Source: a virus. Taken from it: a DNA stretch of 64,000 bases. Both the position numbers and the translations under genes were made by a program. Under the pieces are notes generated by a model. It did no database searches and was not told where the DNA came from. It worked only from the letters and a program-made list of their open reading frames with translations. The DNA lies in the IMG/VR virus record IMGVR_UViG_3300032285_004008; one strand, written 5' to 3'. How positions within the stretch are numbered: position 1 is the first letter of the stretch; every line of letters starts with the position of its first letter. Below are positions 36,869-45,407 of the stretch, piece by piece.

Positions 36869-37144
36869 ATGAGCCTCAACGACAAGCTTAAGGCTGCAGC
36901 TAATGAAGCTTCAGCTAAACTTTGTAAGCTAGCAATACTGCTTAATGGGTCAGAGCTTACTAATGATGAAAAGAAAAATCTAATCACCCTTCTTGAGGTC
37001 GATGACCGAGACCCAGCTCGGGTTCCTAGTTCAACAATCGGGCAAATTCTACGCGAAGAAGGCTATGACATCAGCAATAGTGCTGTTGACCGTCATCGCC
37101 GTATTCCGAAGTCCTGTGCCTGCAAAACAATAGGGAAGAAATAA
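36869..37144 (+). CDS. small protein, possibly helix-turn-helix / Zn-binding
   Basis: C...I..ILREEG..IS...V.RHRR...CAC; AGGAG RBS. Confidence 0.55.
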   Translation: MSLNDKLKAAANEASAKLCKLAILLNGSELTNDEKKNLITLLEVDDRDPARVPSSTIGQILREEGYDISNSAVDRHRRIPKSCACKTIGKK

Positions 37145-38346
37145 TGGGACTAGCAGATCGTTTAGAAGCATTAGCTTCTCCAGGAAAGTCTGGTTCAGAC
37201 TTAAAATCTTTAAATACTCCAGAAAATTGGCGTCCTCGAATGGACATCGATAGCGTTTCTGGAGGTTTTCTTATTTCTCAGGCTAGACCAGAAGGCGAAT
37301 CTCTTGGTGCGAAAGAAGTACTAGAGGAATTCAATCTGAACCCTGAAGATTGGAATATAACTTCTGTAAGACTGGGCAAGTGGCAGAAGTATGATGGCGA
37401 GTATTTAGAGTCTCAGCGTGTAAATGTTGTACCAGCAGCAACTAGTTTGATAGAGCAGCTAGATGCTGAAAAGTTAATTGACGAAATTAAAAAGTGGCGT
37501 CCAGCTAAAGGGATCAAGCAAGCAACTGGTAGAGGATCTTTTGCTCTTTTCCCCGCTGACCAGCAGATCGGTAAAAAAGCTGGTGGTGGCGGTACTCAAC
37601 AGTCAATTGACAGAATTCTAGGATTAACAAATTCTGCAGTAGAACGTTTCAAGGGCTACCAAAAGATGGGTATGAATCTTGGCACAATTACTCTTGGACT
37701 TCCAGGTGACCACGTCGAGGGTAACGTGTCACAAGGTGGGCGTCTTCAAGGATTAGCTGCATCTGATTTAGGTCTTACCGAACAGGTTCGAGTTGCACGT
37801 CGTCTGCTTATGGCTCAGATTAAAGCACTGTCCCCTCTTGCAGAAAACATGGTAGTTCCAGTTATCAACGGAAATCACGATGAAACTGGCAGATATGTTG
37901 CAACGGATCCAGCTGATGGTTGGAACGTAGAAATTGCATCTTCCGTACAAGATGCTTGTGCAGAGAATCCAGCACTACAGCACATCAAGTTTCGCTATCC
38001 TTCATCAGGGCACCAGACTTTGGTAACAGAGATTTGCGGCACCCATCTCGGGATGTTTCACGGTCACCAGGCAAATCAGAATAGTATAGAAAAATATCTA
38101 GCAGGTCAGACTCTAGGTCAGACTGCACTAGGTGGAGCAGACATCTGGGTGTCAGGACACTTTCACAATTTCCGTACAATGGATGTTAGTGAACGACTAT
38201 GGGTTCAATGTCCAACCACTGACCCAGGCTCTGACTGGTTCCGCGATAGGGCTGGTCACCAGTCTCGAGCCGGACTACTTACCATGGTATTTGGTGGAGA
38301 TTACGATCCGCGTGAGAATATCAGCGTACTTTCAATAAAAGGATAA
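37144..38346 (+). CDS. calcineurin-like metallophosphoesterase (Mre11-like)
   Basis: D-Q-I-G, GDHVE, GNHDE, HGH and GHFH motifs. Confidence 0.85.
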   Translation: MGLADRLEALASPGKSGSDLKSLNTPENWRPRMDIDSVSGGFLISQARPEGESLGAKEVLEEFNLNPEDWNITSVRLGKWQKYDGEYLESQRVNVVPAATSLIEQLDAEKLIDEIKKWRPAKGIKQATGRGSFALFPADQQIGKKAGGGGTQQSIDRILGLTNSAVERFKGYQKMGMNLGTITLGLPGDHVEGNVSQGGRLQGLAASDLGLTEQVRVARRLLMAQIKALSPLAENMVVPVINGNHDETGRYVATDPADGWNVEIASSVQDACAENPALQHIKFRYPSSGHQTLVTEICGTHLGMFHGHQANQNSIEKYLAGQTLGQTALGGADIWVSGHFHNFRTMDVSERLWVQCPTTDPGSDWFRDRAGHQSRAGLLTMVFGGDYDPRENISVLSIKG

Positions 38347-38348
38347 AC

Positions 38349-39098
38349 ATGATAATCAATCTATTTGGACTACCGGGTTCTGGAAAAACTACTCTTGCTA
38401 GAGAAATCTTAAAGCGTACTCCTGCTATCCACCTAAATGCAGACGAGGTACGGTCTGATTTAAGTATTGATCTAGGTTTTTCTCCGGAAGATCGAATCGA
38501 GCAAGCTCGCCGCATGGGAGCAATGGCTCGTCTACTTTCTGCTCAAGGGCATGTAGTTTTAGTAGACTTTGTAAACCCTACCGAAGCAACTAGAACTGCA
38601 TTCGGTAAGGCTGACTTTGCTGTATGGGTAAATCGAATCAACTACAGTCGATTTGAAGATACAAATGTGCTCTGGGAGACTCCGGAAAAGTTTGATCTAC
38701 AAATTATTAGTGGTATGGATTTGGACACAGAAGTTACCGTAGTGATGTCTGCAACTAAACTTCCAGATTGGAAGAAGCCAACTACCCTAATGCTTGGTAG
38801 GTATCAGCCGTGGCACGAGGGACACGATGCTCTATATGATGCTGGACTAGAGCGTACGTCTCAAGTTCTTATTGCTGTAAGAGATACCCAGGGCACTTCT
38901 GAAAAAGACCCTTTAAGCCATGATCAGGTGGTTCACTACATCCAAAAGTATCGACCAGAAGCGATGATCATGAGAGTTCCCAACATTACAAACATTATTT
39001 ATGGACGTGATGTCGGATATAAGATTGAAAAAATAGAGCTTAGCCCGGAGATGCAGGAAATATCTGCAACCAAAAAGCGAGAAGAGTTGGGCATTTAG
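38349..39098 (+). CDS. adenylyl-sulfate-kinase-like P-loop domain fused to an HxGH nucleotidyltransferase domain
   Basis: GLPGSGKTT, NADEVR..L..DLGFSPEDR.EQARR; then GRYQPWHEGH and ISAT. Confidence 0.8.
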   Translation: MIINLFGLPGSGKTTLAREILKRTPAIHLNADEVRSDLSIDLGFSPEDRIEQARRMGAMARLLSAQGHVVLVDFVNPTEATRTAFGKADFAVWVNRINYSRFEDTNVLWETPEKFDLQIISGMDLDTEVTVVMSATKLPDWKKPTTLMLGRYQPWHEGHDALYDAGLERTSQVLIAVRDTQGTSEKDPLSHDQVVHYIQKYRPEAMIMRVPNITNIIYGRDVGYKIEKIELSPEMQEISATKKREELGI

Positions 39099-39099
39099 A

Positions 39100-39504
39100 A
39101 TGGCTCATCTGGATAATTTAGATGAGTCATATGTGCAGCATGCTAGAGAAGGTATTCGACTATCTACTAAACTGTTTTTAGCATCTATTGCATGCTTAAT
39201 TCACTCTTTTTTCCCAGAACTGTTTGAGCAGACAGCCAGTAAAACAATGTCAACAGAACTACAGCGTTTTAAGAATAGGCTAACTAATACTAGCCACATT
39301 CAAGTCAGGTATAACACCAAAGTAGGGGATGGAAACCTATTTTGGCGAGTGATAGTAGATGGTAAGGAATCTCTTGCTAGTACTGTAGTTATTTTTGGAA
39401 CTATATATGGTGAAGAAAGTGCTACTAAAGAAGGCAGAAAGCTTAACATGGCATGCGATGGCATAGCCACCTGGGACAACGATATGGTAGTTATAGAGGC
39501 ATAA
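39100..39504 (+). CDS. DUF6356-like domain fused to a small beta domain
   Basis: HL....ESY.QH...ACLIH.FFP.LF..TAS; then VRYNT....WRV. Confidence 0.55.
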   Translation: MAHLDNLDESYVQHAREGIRLSTKLFLASIACLIHSFFPELFEQTASKTMSTELQRFKNRLTNTSHIQVRYNTKVGDGNLFWRVIVDGKESLASTVVIFGTIYGEESATKEGRKLNMACDGIATWDNDMVVIEA

Positions 39505-40574
39505 TGAAGGTAGCAGTTTACACGATAGCCCTGAATGAAGAAAAGCATGTTGAGCGTTGGTACAACTCCGTAAAGGATGCTGACTATATCTTAATTGCAG
39601 ATACGGGGTCTACTGATAGAACAGTAGAGATTGCTAAAAGTCTGGGAATCAATGTAGTAAGTGTTTTAATTAAACCTTTTAGGTTTGATACTAGTCGTAC
39701 TGCTGCACTGGCAGCTATTCCGGCTGACATTGATTACTGTATCTCGCTCGATATGGATGAAGTATTGACAGAGGGCTGGCGTTCTGACATAGAGACTTTG
39801 ACCCTACTGGAACCAAATCAATCAGCAATTTTAAGAACTGTTTTGACATGGAACTTCAAAGAAGATGGTTCTCCAGGACTTCAATATGGAGCAGATAGAG
39901 TGCACTCCCGCTGGGGCGTTCGTTGGCGTCAACCAGCTCACGAGATCATTAGTACCTACGGGGACTACGAAGAAATTAGAGGTTCTGTTTCTTTCGGTAT
40001 ACATCACCTACCTGATGACACAAAATCTCGTTCTCAATATATGGCAATGTTAAAAATGGCTGTAGATGAGAATCCGTATAGTGATAGAAATGCTTTTTAC
40101 TACGCTAGAGAACTATACTTCTACGGACTATATGATCAGGCAGCTAGAGAATTTAAGCGCCACCTAAGCCTACCATCGGCCACCTGGGCCCCAGAAAGAG
40201 CAGCATCTCTTAGATATCTCTCCATCTGCGACCCTGCCAATGCAGAGCAGTATCTATTGAGTGCAGTTTCTACTGACAAGGGTCGTAGAGAGCCTAAGGT
40301 ATCGTTAGCTCAACTTTATTATGATCGAGTGTCATGGGATGATTGCTATAAATGGTCATTAGAGGCTTTAGCTATTGAAACCAAACCACTGGACTATATG
40401 TGTGAGGAATATGCATGGGATCACACACCATGGGATCTTGCAGCACTAAGTGCATATAATCTTGGTAAATATGATGAAGCTTTAAAATACGGTCTTAAGG
40501 CAGTGGAGTTAGATCCGACCAATGAAAGACTTGTAGCTAATTTAGAGTTTTACTCTAAGGCTTCTTCTTCCTAG
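39504..40574 (+). CDS. GT2 glycosyltransferase with TPR repeats
   Basis: MKVAVYTIALNEE, DTGSTD, DMDE (DxD), TPR-like C-terminus; start reassigned to ATG 39504, overlapping the previous TAA. Confidence 0.88.
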   Translation: MKVAVYTIALNEEKHVERWYNSVKDADYILIADTGSTDRTVEIAKSLGINVVSVLIKPFRFDTSRTAALAAIPADIDYCISLDMDEVLTEGWRSDIETLTLLEPNQSAILRTVLTWNFKEDGSPGLQYGADRVHSRWGVRWRQPAHEIISTYGDYEEIRGSVSFGIHHLPDDTKSRSQYMAMLKMAVDENPYSDRNAFYYARELYFYGLYDQAAREFKRHLSLPSATWAPERAASLRYLSICDPANAEQYLLSAVSTDKGRREPKVSLAQLYYDRVSWDDCYKWSLEALAIETKPLDYMCEEYAWDHTPWDLAALSAYNLGKYDEALKYGLKAVELDPTNERLVANLEFYSKASSS

Positions 40575-41013
40575 ATTCCTGAGCGTGAAATGCTTCAACC
40601 GCATTTGCACTAGTTCTACTCTGCCAATTAAATCCACAATCTATGCATTCAACAACTTTCATAGTTGCCCATCGTCCCTTATTTGGGCGCTCTACTGTCA
40701 TTGTCTTTAAAGAAGATGTTTTGGCTTTGCACATCGGGCATAGAGGGAATCTTTTATGACGCATTTCTTGACCTTCCCAGTTAACAGAGAGTGTGCGTCT
40801 TATTTGTTTAGGAGTTAGACCGCCCCAGATTCCCCAAATTTCTTTATTTTCTAGTGCATCTTTTGCGCATTGAGCTTTTACAGGGCATATTTCGCATAAT
40901 TTTTTAGCAGCTACCTGCTGAGAGGGCTTATTAGCAAAGAAGCTATGAATATGCTCTCTATTTATAGGTTTAGAGCACTCGGAATTTTCATGCCATTCTG
41001 GAGAATCTATCAA
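40555..41013 (-). CDS. whiB: WhiB-family protein with C-terminal zinc ribbon
   Basis: W...EC...AKKLCEICPVKAQC...WGIWGG plus extra CPMC...CIDC. Confidence 0.85.
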   Translation of the reverse strand: MIDSPEWHENSECSKPINREHIHSFFANKPSQQVAAKKLCEICPVKAQCAKDALENKEIWGIWGGLTPKQIRRTLSVNWEGQEMRHKRFPLCPMCKAKTSSLKTMTVERPNKGRWATMKVVECIDCGFNWQSRTSANAVEAFHAQESRKKKP

Positions 41014-41342
41014 AAGTCATACACCTTAACCCATGTAGCTGGAATAACAAAATCTAAAAGATATCCGTTACTTGTCTCACCAGACTCATCACATGGCATT
41101 ACTTCATCTTCAGCTGGATCAATCCCTGAATAGCCTAAGGTTATCTCAGCTATATTGATCATCTGAAAAGCTTGACCTAAGGATAAGGCAATACCTTCTC
41201 GCTGAAGAGTAGAGGCTAGAGCCTTGCGCACAACTTCGTGTTCAAGGTCAACATGCCCTTCGGTATAAAAAAGCAACCCATCGCCAGATGGATCTGCATC
41301 CCAAAAAAACCAAAGGGACTCGCCAATACGAGAATCTTTCAT
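41010..41342 (-). CDS. hypothetical protein
   Basis: 110-aa ORF coupled to WhiB (4-nt overlap). Confidence 0.6.
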   Translation of the reverse strand: MKDSRIGESLWFFWDADPSGDGLLFYTEGHVDLEHEVVRKALASTLQREGIALSLGQAFQMINIAEITLGYSGIDPAEDEVMPCDESGETSNGYLLDFVIPATWVKVYDF

Positions 41343-41401
41343 AAAAAAGATTCTACCTTGACAAGTCCCTAGGTTATACGGTATGTACCGTTAATTACAA
41401 T

Positions 41402-41635
41402 TTAAAAGGGTTTAGCAATACTATTCTTCACATTACCGTAAGCAGTAACGACAAAGTGCTGAGTTAGTCCAGAATCCTTCTCCGGATCTGGGATAGCCAC
41501 CTTTAGCTCAATATCAACCACCGAGGGAATAGCATCTTCACCGATTTCCATGAATTTAGCTACTTCTTCGCAGGCAGTCTTTCTAGCCTGCTCTACAGTA
41601 TCTGCACCAAACTTAAGTTCAAAATGTACGCGCAT
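41402..41635 (-). CDS. hypothetical protein
   Basis: 77-aa ORF, TAATG-coupled to the previous gene. Confidence 0.6.
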   Translation of the reverse strand: MRVHFELKFGADTVEQARKTACEEVAKFMEIGEDAIPSVVDIELKVAIPDPEKDSGLTQHFVVTAYGNVKNSIAKPF

Positions 41636-42063
41636 TAGCTGACCTTCTTCTCTAGTTTATATGGAGAGTAGTGGACACCCTTGAGTTCAGGAACTTTACC
41701 ATCAGTAGAGTTGATAATTACATCTCCATAACGAACAGCAATTACTTTACCTCGACGCCCGTTATGCATAATACCGGTAGCATCAGCAAAGGCATCAATT
41801 AGAACCCTTACATCATCTCCAACCACGATATTTCCAGGCTGTAGAGGAATCCAAATCTCATCCGGTGAGTCAACCTGGTCTAGTGCTGGTTTACCTAGAG
41901 CCAACTTACTGAAAATATCAATGGTTTCCTTAGCAATGCCTGGAGTCATTTTTTCAAAGCTTTCCCAGGTTTCGAGTAGCTTCAAAATAGCCTTACCTGA
42001 GCCAACCTTAACCTTGGCTTCTTCTAGCTGTTGCTTTATCCATTCATAGTTTACTTCTGGCAT
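41635..42063 (-). CDS. hypothetical protein with SH3/KOW-like C-terminus
   Basis: VGDDVRV...HNGRRGKVIAVRYGDV; AGGAG RBS. Confidence 0.65.
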   Translation of the reverse strand: MPEVNYEWIKQQLEEAKVKVGSGKAILKLLETWESFEKMTPGIAKETIDIFSKLALGKPALDQVDSPDEIWIPLQPGNIVVGDDVRVLIDAFADATGIMHNGRRGKVIAVRYGDVIINSTDGKVPELKGVHYSPYKLEKKVS

Positions 42064-42075
42064 TTTTTCTCCTAT

Positions 42076-43068
42076 TTATCCAGCTACTACTAATCTTAGT
42101 AGTTCAATGGATTCTTCTTTATTTGGAATGGCACTTATATAATCTCTACGTTGATTTATCGCAATCTCTAGACGCTCTTCATCGCTAGCTTCTTCAATGC
42201 TTGATCCGAGAACGTACCAGCTATTCGAAAGTTTTCCCGTGTCTCGCCAATCTGAAAATACAGGCACTAGAGAGTTCATAGCTTGTATATACCTATATGA
42301 CCACCATGTGCCCACGCCTCTATCATGAGGAGCAGCCAATAATCCAAAACTAGAGGCCAATCTAGAACTAACTATAGACTCGCTTTCCTTCGGGGCAATT
42401 TTTAAGGGAGATACTGGTAGTTGAAGTAACTGTTCTACTTTTTTAGTCCATGAAGATTTAGGCGAATCAGCTACCCATCGGGTGCTACGGATATCAGATA
42501 TAGAAGGCTCCACGAGCAGATGAGAGTCTAGATTCACTCCAATCAGGCTCGATGGGTCAACAGTAGATATAAATTTAGATACTGATTCTTTATCTTTCCA
42601 GGGCATAGAAGGGTATATGGTCTTAGGCCATGCAGTATTCAATAGTTTTGTTGCAGCTGAACGAATACTTTCCTGAGAAGATGAAGATATGGCTGATTTA
42701 AACTCTCTACGCTTGGTATAGAAATCAGAAAAAAGGCTGGAAACATCTCTATCAATAGAGGCAAGACTTGATTTAAATTGCCATATCTGAGGATGGTCTA
42801 CGATCAATCTTAGCTTCGGTGACTCGTACATAAGATTAATAGTATGCATTGCACCATATACTTTGTTGGCTCCTAGACTTGTAGGGGGTATGACACCAAC
42901 AAGTATCGAGTCATATTGATCTAAAAATTCTTTGGTCCAAGTAACACTAGGAGTAGCCCACTCTACGTCTGCAAAAGTCTCTACTGCTTTGACTAAAGTC
43001 CCAAAAAAAGTAGTATTTGCTGATGGCTTAGTGTGGGACGAAGCCATTCCCGTAACAAGTACTTTCAT
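42076..43068 (-). CDS. putative GT-B-like glycosyltransferase, possibly DNA-modifying
   Basis: MKVLVTG...V.W...YD...P..SL...GA and GxWWxxRY pattern recalled from actinophage glycosyltransferases; not verified by search. Confidence 0.45.
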   Translation of the reverse strand: MKVLVTGMASSHTKPSANTTFFGTLVKAVETFADVEWATPSVTWTKEFLDQYDSILVGVIPPTSLGANKVYGAMHTINLMYESPKLRLIVDHPQIWQFKSSLASIDRDVSSLFSDFYTKRREFKSAISSSSQESIRSAATKLLNTAWPKTIYPSMPWKDKESVSKFISTVDPSSLIGVNLDSHLLVEPSISDIRSTRWVADSPKSSWTKKVEQLLQLPVSPLKIAPKESESIVSSRLASSFGLLAAPHDRGVGTWWSYRYIQAMNSLVPVFSDWRDTGKLSNSWYVLGSSIEEASDEERLEIAINQRRDYISAIPNKEESIELLRLVVAG

Positions 43069-43084
43069 ATAAATCCTTTAATAA

Positions 43085-43113
43085 AGGTAGAGGGGCATCT
43101 TTCGATGCCCCTC
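43085..43113 (-). terminator. hairpin/terminator after SSB
   Basis: GAGGGGCAUC-GAAA-GAUGCCCCUC perfect 10-bp stem. Confidence 0.75.
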
Positions 43114-43125
43114 CACGTTATTTAT

Positions 43126-43680
43126 TTAGAACGGTGTATCTTCTGAAGCGCTTACAGGAGCGGCAGGTGCAGGTGCTGGTGCCGGTGCAGGTGCAGGGGC
43201 AGCAGCAACTGGTGCAGCTGGTGCAGGGGCAGGGGCAGCAGCCGCTGCGGCAGCAAATGCATCATTAGCTACAGCCTGAATAGCATTGTAGTTCTTGATT
43301 TCATTGCTACGGTTACCGTTATAGGTGCGAGTGGCAATAGTTCCACGGAATGAGCGGTGAAGCAGTGCCTGCTCAATCTGCGCATTAGTTGGGTTGGTCT
43401 CGAAGTATGCCTTGTTCAAGCCAAGAACACCCATCTTCATGAAGAACATTCCAAGAGCCTTGTTGTTCTCTGGTGAAATTACAAGGTTGTCCCATACGCG
43501 ACGCTTAGCGTGAGGACCACTCTGAACTTCGGTTGTGATCTTGAACATGGTCTTGCCAGACTGAGACACGGTTGCCTTAGACTCGATAACCTTTAGTTCG
43601 TAATCGCCATCTGGTAGTGGCTCGTAGGAAGCAGTTTCTCCGGCTTCCTTGACTAGATCGCTCCAATTAACTGAGCTCAT
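43126..43680 (-). CDS. DUF669-type single-stranded DNA-binding protein
   Basis: PLPDGDY...SQSGK.M OB-fold start; Ala/Pro linker; acidic tail ending PF. Confidence 0.8.
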   Translation of the reverse strand: MSSVNWSDLVKEAGETASYEPLPDGDYELKVIESKATVSQSGKTMFKITTEVQSGPHAKRRVWDNLVISPENNKALGMFFMKMGVLGLNKAYFETNPTNAQIEQALLHRSFRGTIATRTYNGNRSNEIKNYNAIQAVANDAFAAAAAAAPAPAPAAPVAAAPAPAPAPAPAPAAPVSASEDTPF

Positions 43681-43683
43681 GAT

Positions 43684-44466
43684 TTACTTTCCTTCACTTG
43701 TTGTAGTTGTTTTCTTTGTTGCTGCTTTAGTCTTCTCACCGAAGACGATGTCTAGCATGCGCTCGACACCAAGGTCCTGCTGTTCTACAACCTTGCCTAG
43801 GCGTCCCTGAACGCGCTCTCCAGCTTCGTACTCAGGCGTGCGCTCAACGTACATGCGACGCACCTTGTATGGGGGCTGTAGTGGGTCAGGATTCGGCATA
43901 GTTTCTACCGTAATTGCACCTAGGATGTCATAGAAGTACGGAGCCTGAATTGCTAGCTGACCCTGTAGATATGGACGGTATACACCATCAGTACCCTTAC
44001 GAGCCATAGCAGTCAGGATTACGGCCTCTAGAGGCTGGGTTGGGTGCATTGTAAGGTCACGAAGGTCACGAAGTAGCGCACCCATGTGGCGAAGAAGTTC
44101 GCCCCACTGCTGCATCTTCATCTGTTCGGTTCCTGCAATGTTGTCCATGCACTTGACCTGCAACTCAGAGATTGAGTCGATGATCAAAGACTTGAACTGG
44201 TGCTTGCCGCTCTGAAGCCACTGGAAGGCCTTCATAACGACATCATAGTCGCGAACCTGGACCACAACTGTGTCCCAAGTGCCATCTGCAATAGGTGGCG
44301 CTTCGCTAATTGGGTCCCAGTACTTGACGTTAATTGGTAGGAAGCGGTGCCCACCCTCAACATCTAGCATTAGGCGTGGGTAAGGTGCTGTGACGGCAAA
44401 CGAGGATTTACCGACCTTAGATTCGCCATAAACCATAATTGTTAAACTGCGATCAACTTCAGACAT
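43684..44466 (-). CDS. AAA_24 / Sak4-like ATPase
   Basis: YGESKVGKS Walker A, LDVEGG, IIDSISE Walker B. Confidence 0.85.
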   Translation of the reverse strand: MSEVDRSLTIMVYGESKVGKSSFAVTAPYPRLMLDVEGGHRFLPINVKYWDPISEAPPIADGTWDTVVVQVRDYDVVMKAFQWLQSGKHQFKSLIIDSISELQVKCMDNIAGTEQMKMQQWGELLRHMGALLRDLRDLTMHPTQPLEAVILTAMARKGTDGVYRPYLQGQLAIQAPYFYDILGAITVETMPNPDPLQPPYKVRRMYVERTPEYEAGERVQGRLGKVVEQQDLGVERMLDIVFGEKTKAATKKTTTTSEGK

Positions 44467-44468
44467 TC

Positions 44469-45407
44469 CTACTCACTTCCTTTCTTCTCTTCGATTCCAT
44501 AGTAACCGTACGGGTCGGATGACTCGAACGCATCGCTAAGTGCTGCCTCTGCTGCCGAACCATCGTCGAACATCGGGCAAATAGCGAAGAACTGGCACTT
44601 CCACTTACATTCACGGCCTGGCTTTGGGTACGCAAGCTTTAGGTGGCTCACTCCCTCATCAAGGCCATCGCGAACACGCATCATATCTTCCAGTGTGCCC
44701 TCTAGGCGCTGGTAGAAAGATCGGAGTGCAAACTTATTGTGGCGAACTTCAATCTGGTCGTAGAACGGTGGCTTAGCATAAGCACCGCGCTTAACCTTAC
44801 GAAGCATAGTAAAGATGGCTCCATCAGAACGCTCACCGTCCTGGTTCTGAGCCTCTTCCAAAAGCATGTACGTTAGAACCTGCTCATTCATGTGAGCGAT
44901 TGCTCCAAATTCCGAGAATGAACCACCAACGGTTTTGAAGTCACGTAGCATACGAGCCCCATCGATCTTACGACGAACACGCATATCAATTTTTCCCTGA
45001 AGAGTTACGCGACCATCTAACATTGGACGCTCAATAACTTCCTCAGTAGAAATCATGTCTAGCTCAACATCGATACCCTCAAGCTCGATCCACTCAAGAT
45101 AGCCCTCAAGCATTACTCTACCGAGCTCTGCTTCAGTCTCTAGCTCAGTGCTGTCGACTCCACTATCGGTTAGCGTCTTCATATCAATTTTCACTAGCTC
45201 AGCGTGAATCTCTAGAAGATCGCGTTCCATATTAGACGTATAGTACTGATCAAGCGCCTCGTGAATACGAGAGCCCAACGCTAGTGCACCGGTAAAACTC
45301 TGCACCTTTGGCTTTAGACGACGGTAGTAAGTTAGCCACCAACGGCGACGGCAGTCCTTAAAGGTTTGGATCTCTGAGTTAGAGATACGGATTGGTTCAG
45401 TTGTCAT
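44469..45407 (-). CDS. PD-(D/E)xK exonuclease (RecB/Cas4-like)
   Basis: S.SEI.TF..C.RRW, GSRIH, GKID, DFKT, C.W.C.F..IC. Confidence 0.88.
   Translation of the reverse strand: MTTEPIRISNSEIQTFKDCRRRWWLTYYRRLKPKVQSFTGALALGSRIHEALDQYYTSNMERDLLEIHAELVKIDMKTLTDSGVDSTELETEAELGRVMLEGYLEWIELEGIDVELDMISTEEVIERPMLDGRVTLQGKIDMRVRRKIDGARMLRDFKTVGGSFSEFGAIAHMNEQVLTYMLLEEAQNQDGERSDGAIFTMLRKVKRGAYAKPPFYDQIEVRHNKFALRSFYQRLEGTLEDMMRVRDGLDEGVSHLKLAYPKPGRECKWKCQFFAICPMFDDGSAAEAALSDAFESSDPYGYYGIEEKKGSE

Noticed and set aside
44469-45407. CRISPR-Cas (Cas4-like nuclease, repeats elsewhere)
   Set aside because: The gene lies in an SSB/AAA recombination module; all repeats seen are in-frame coding repeats without unique spacers.
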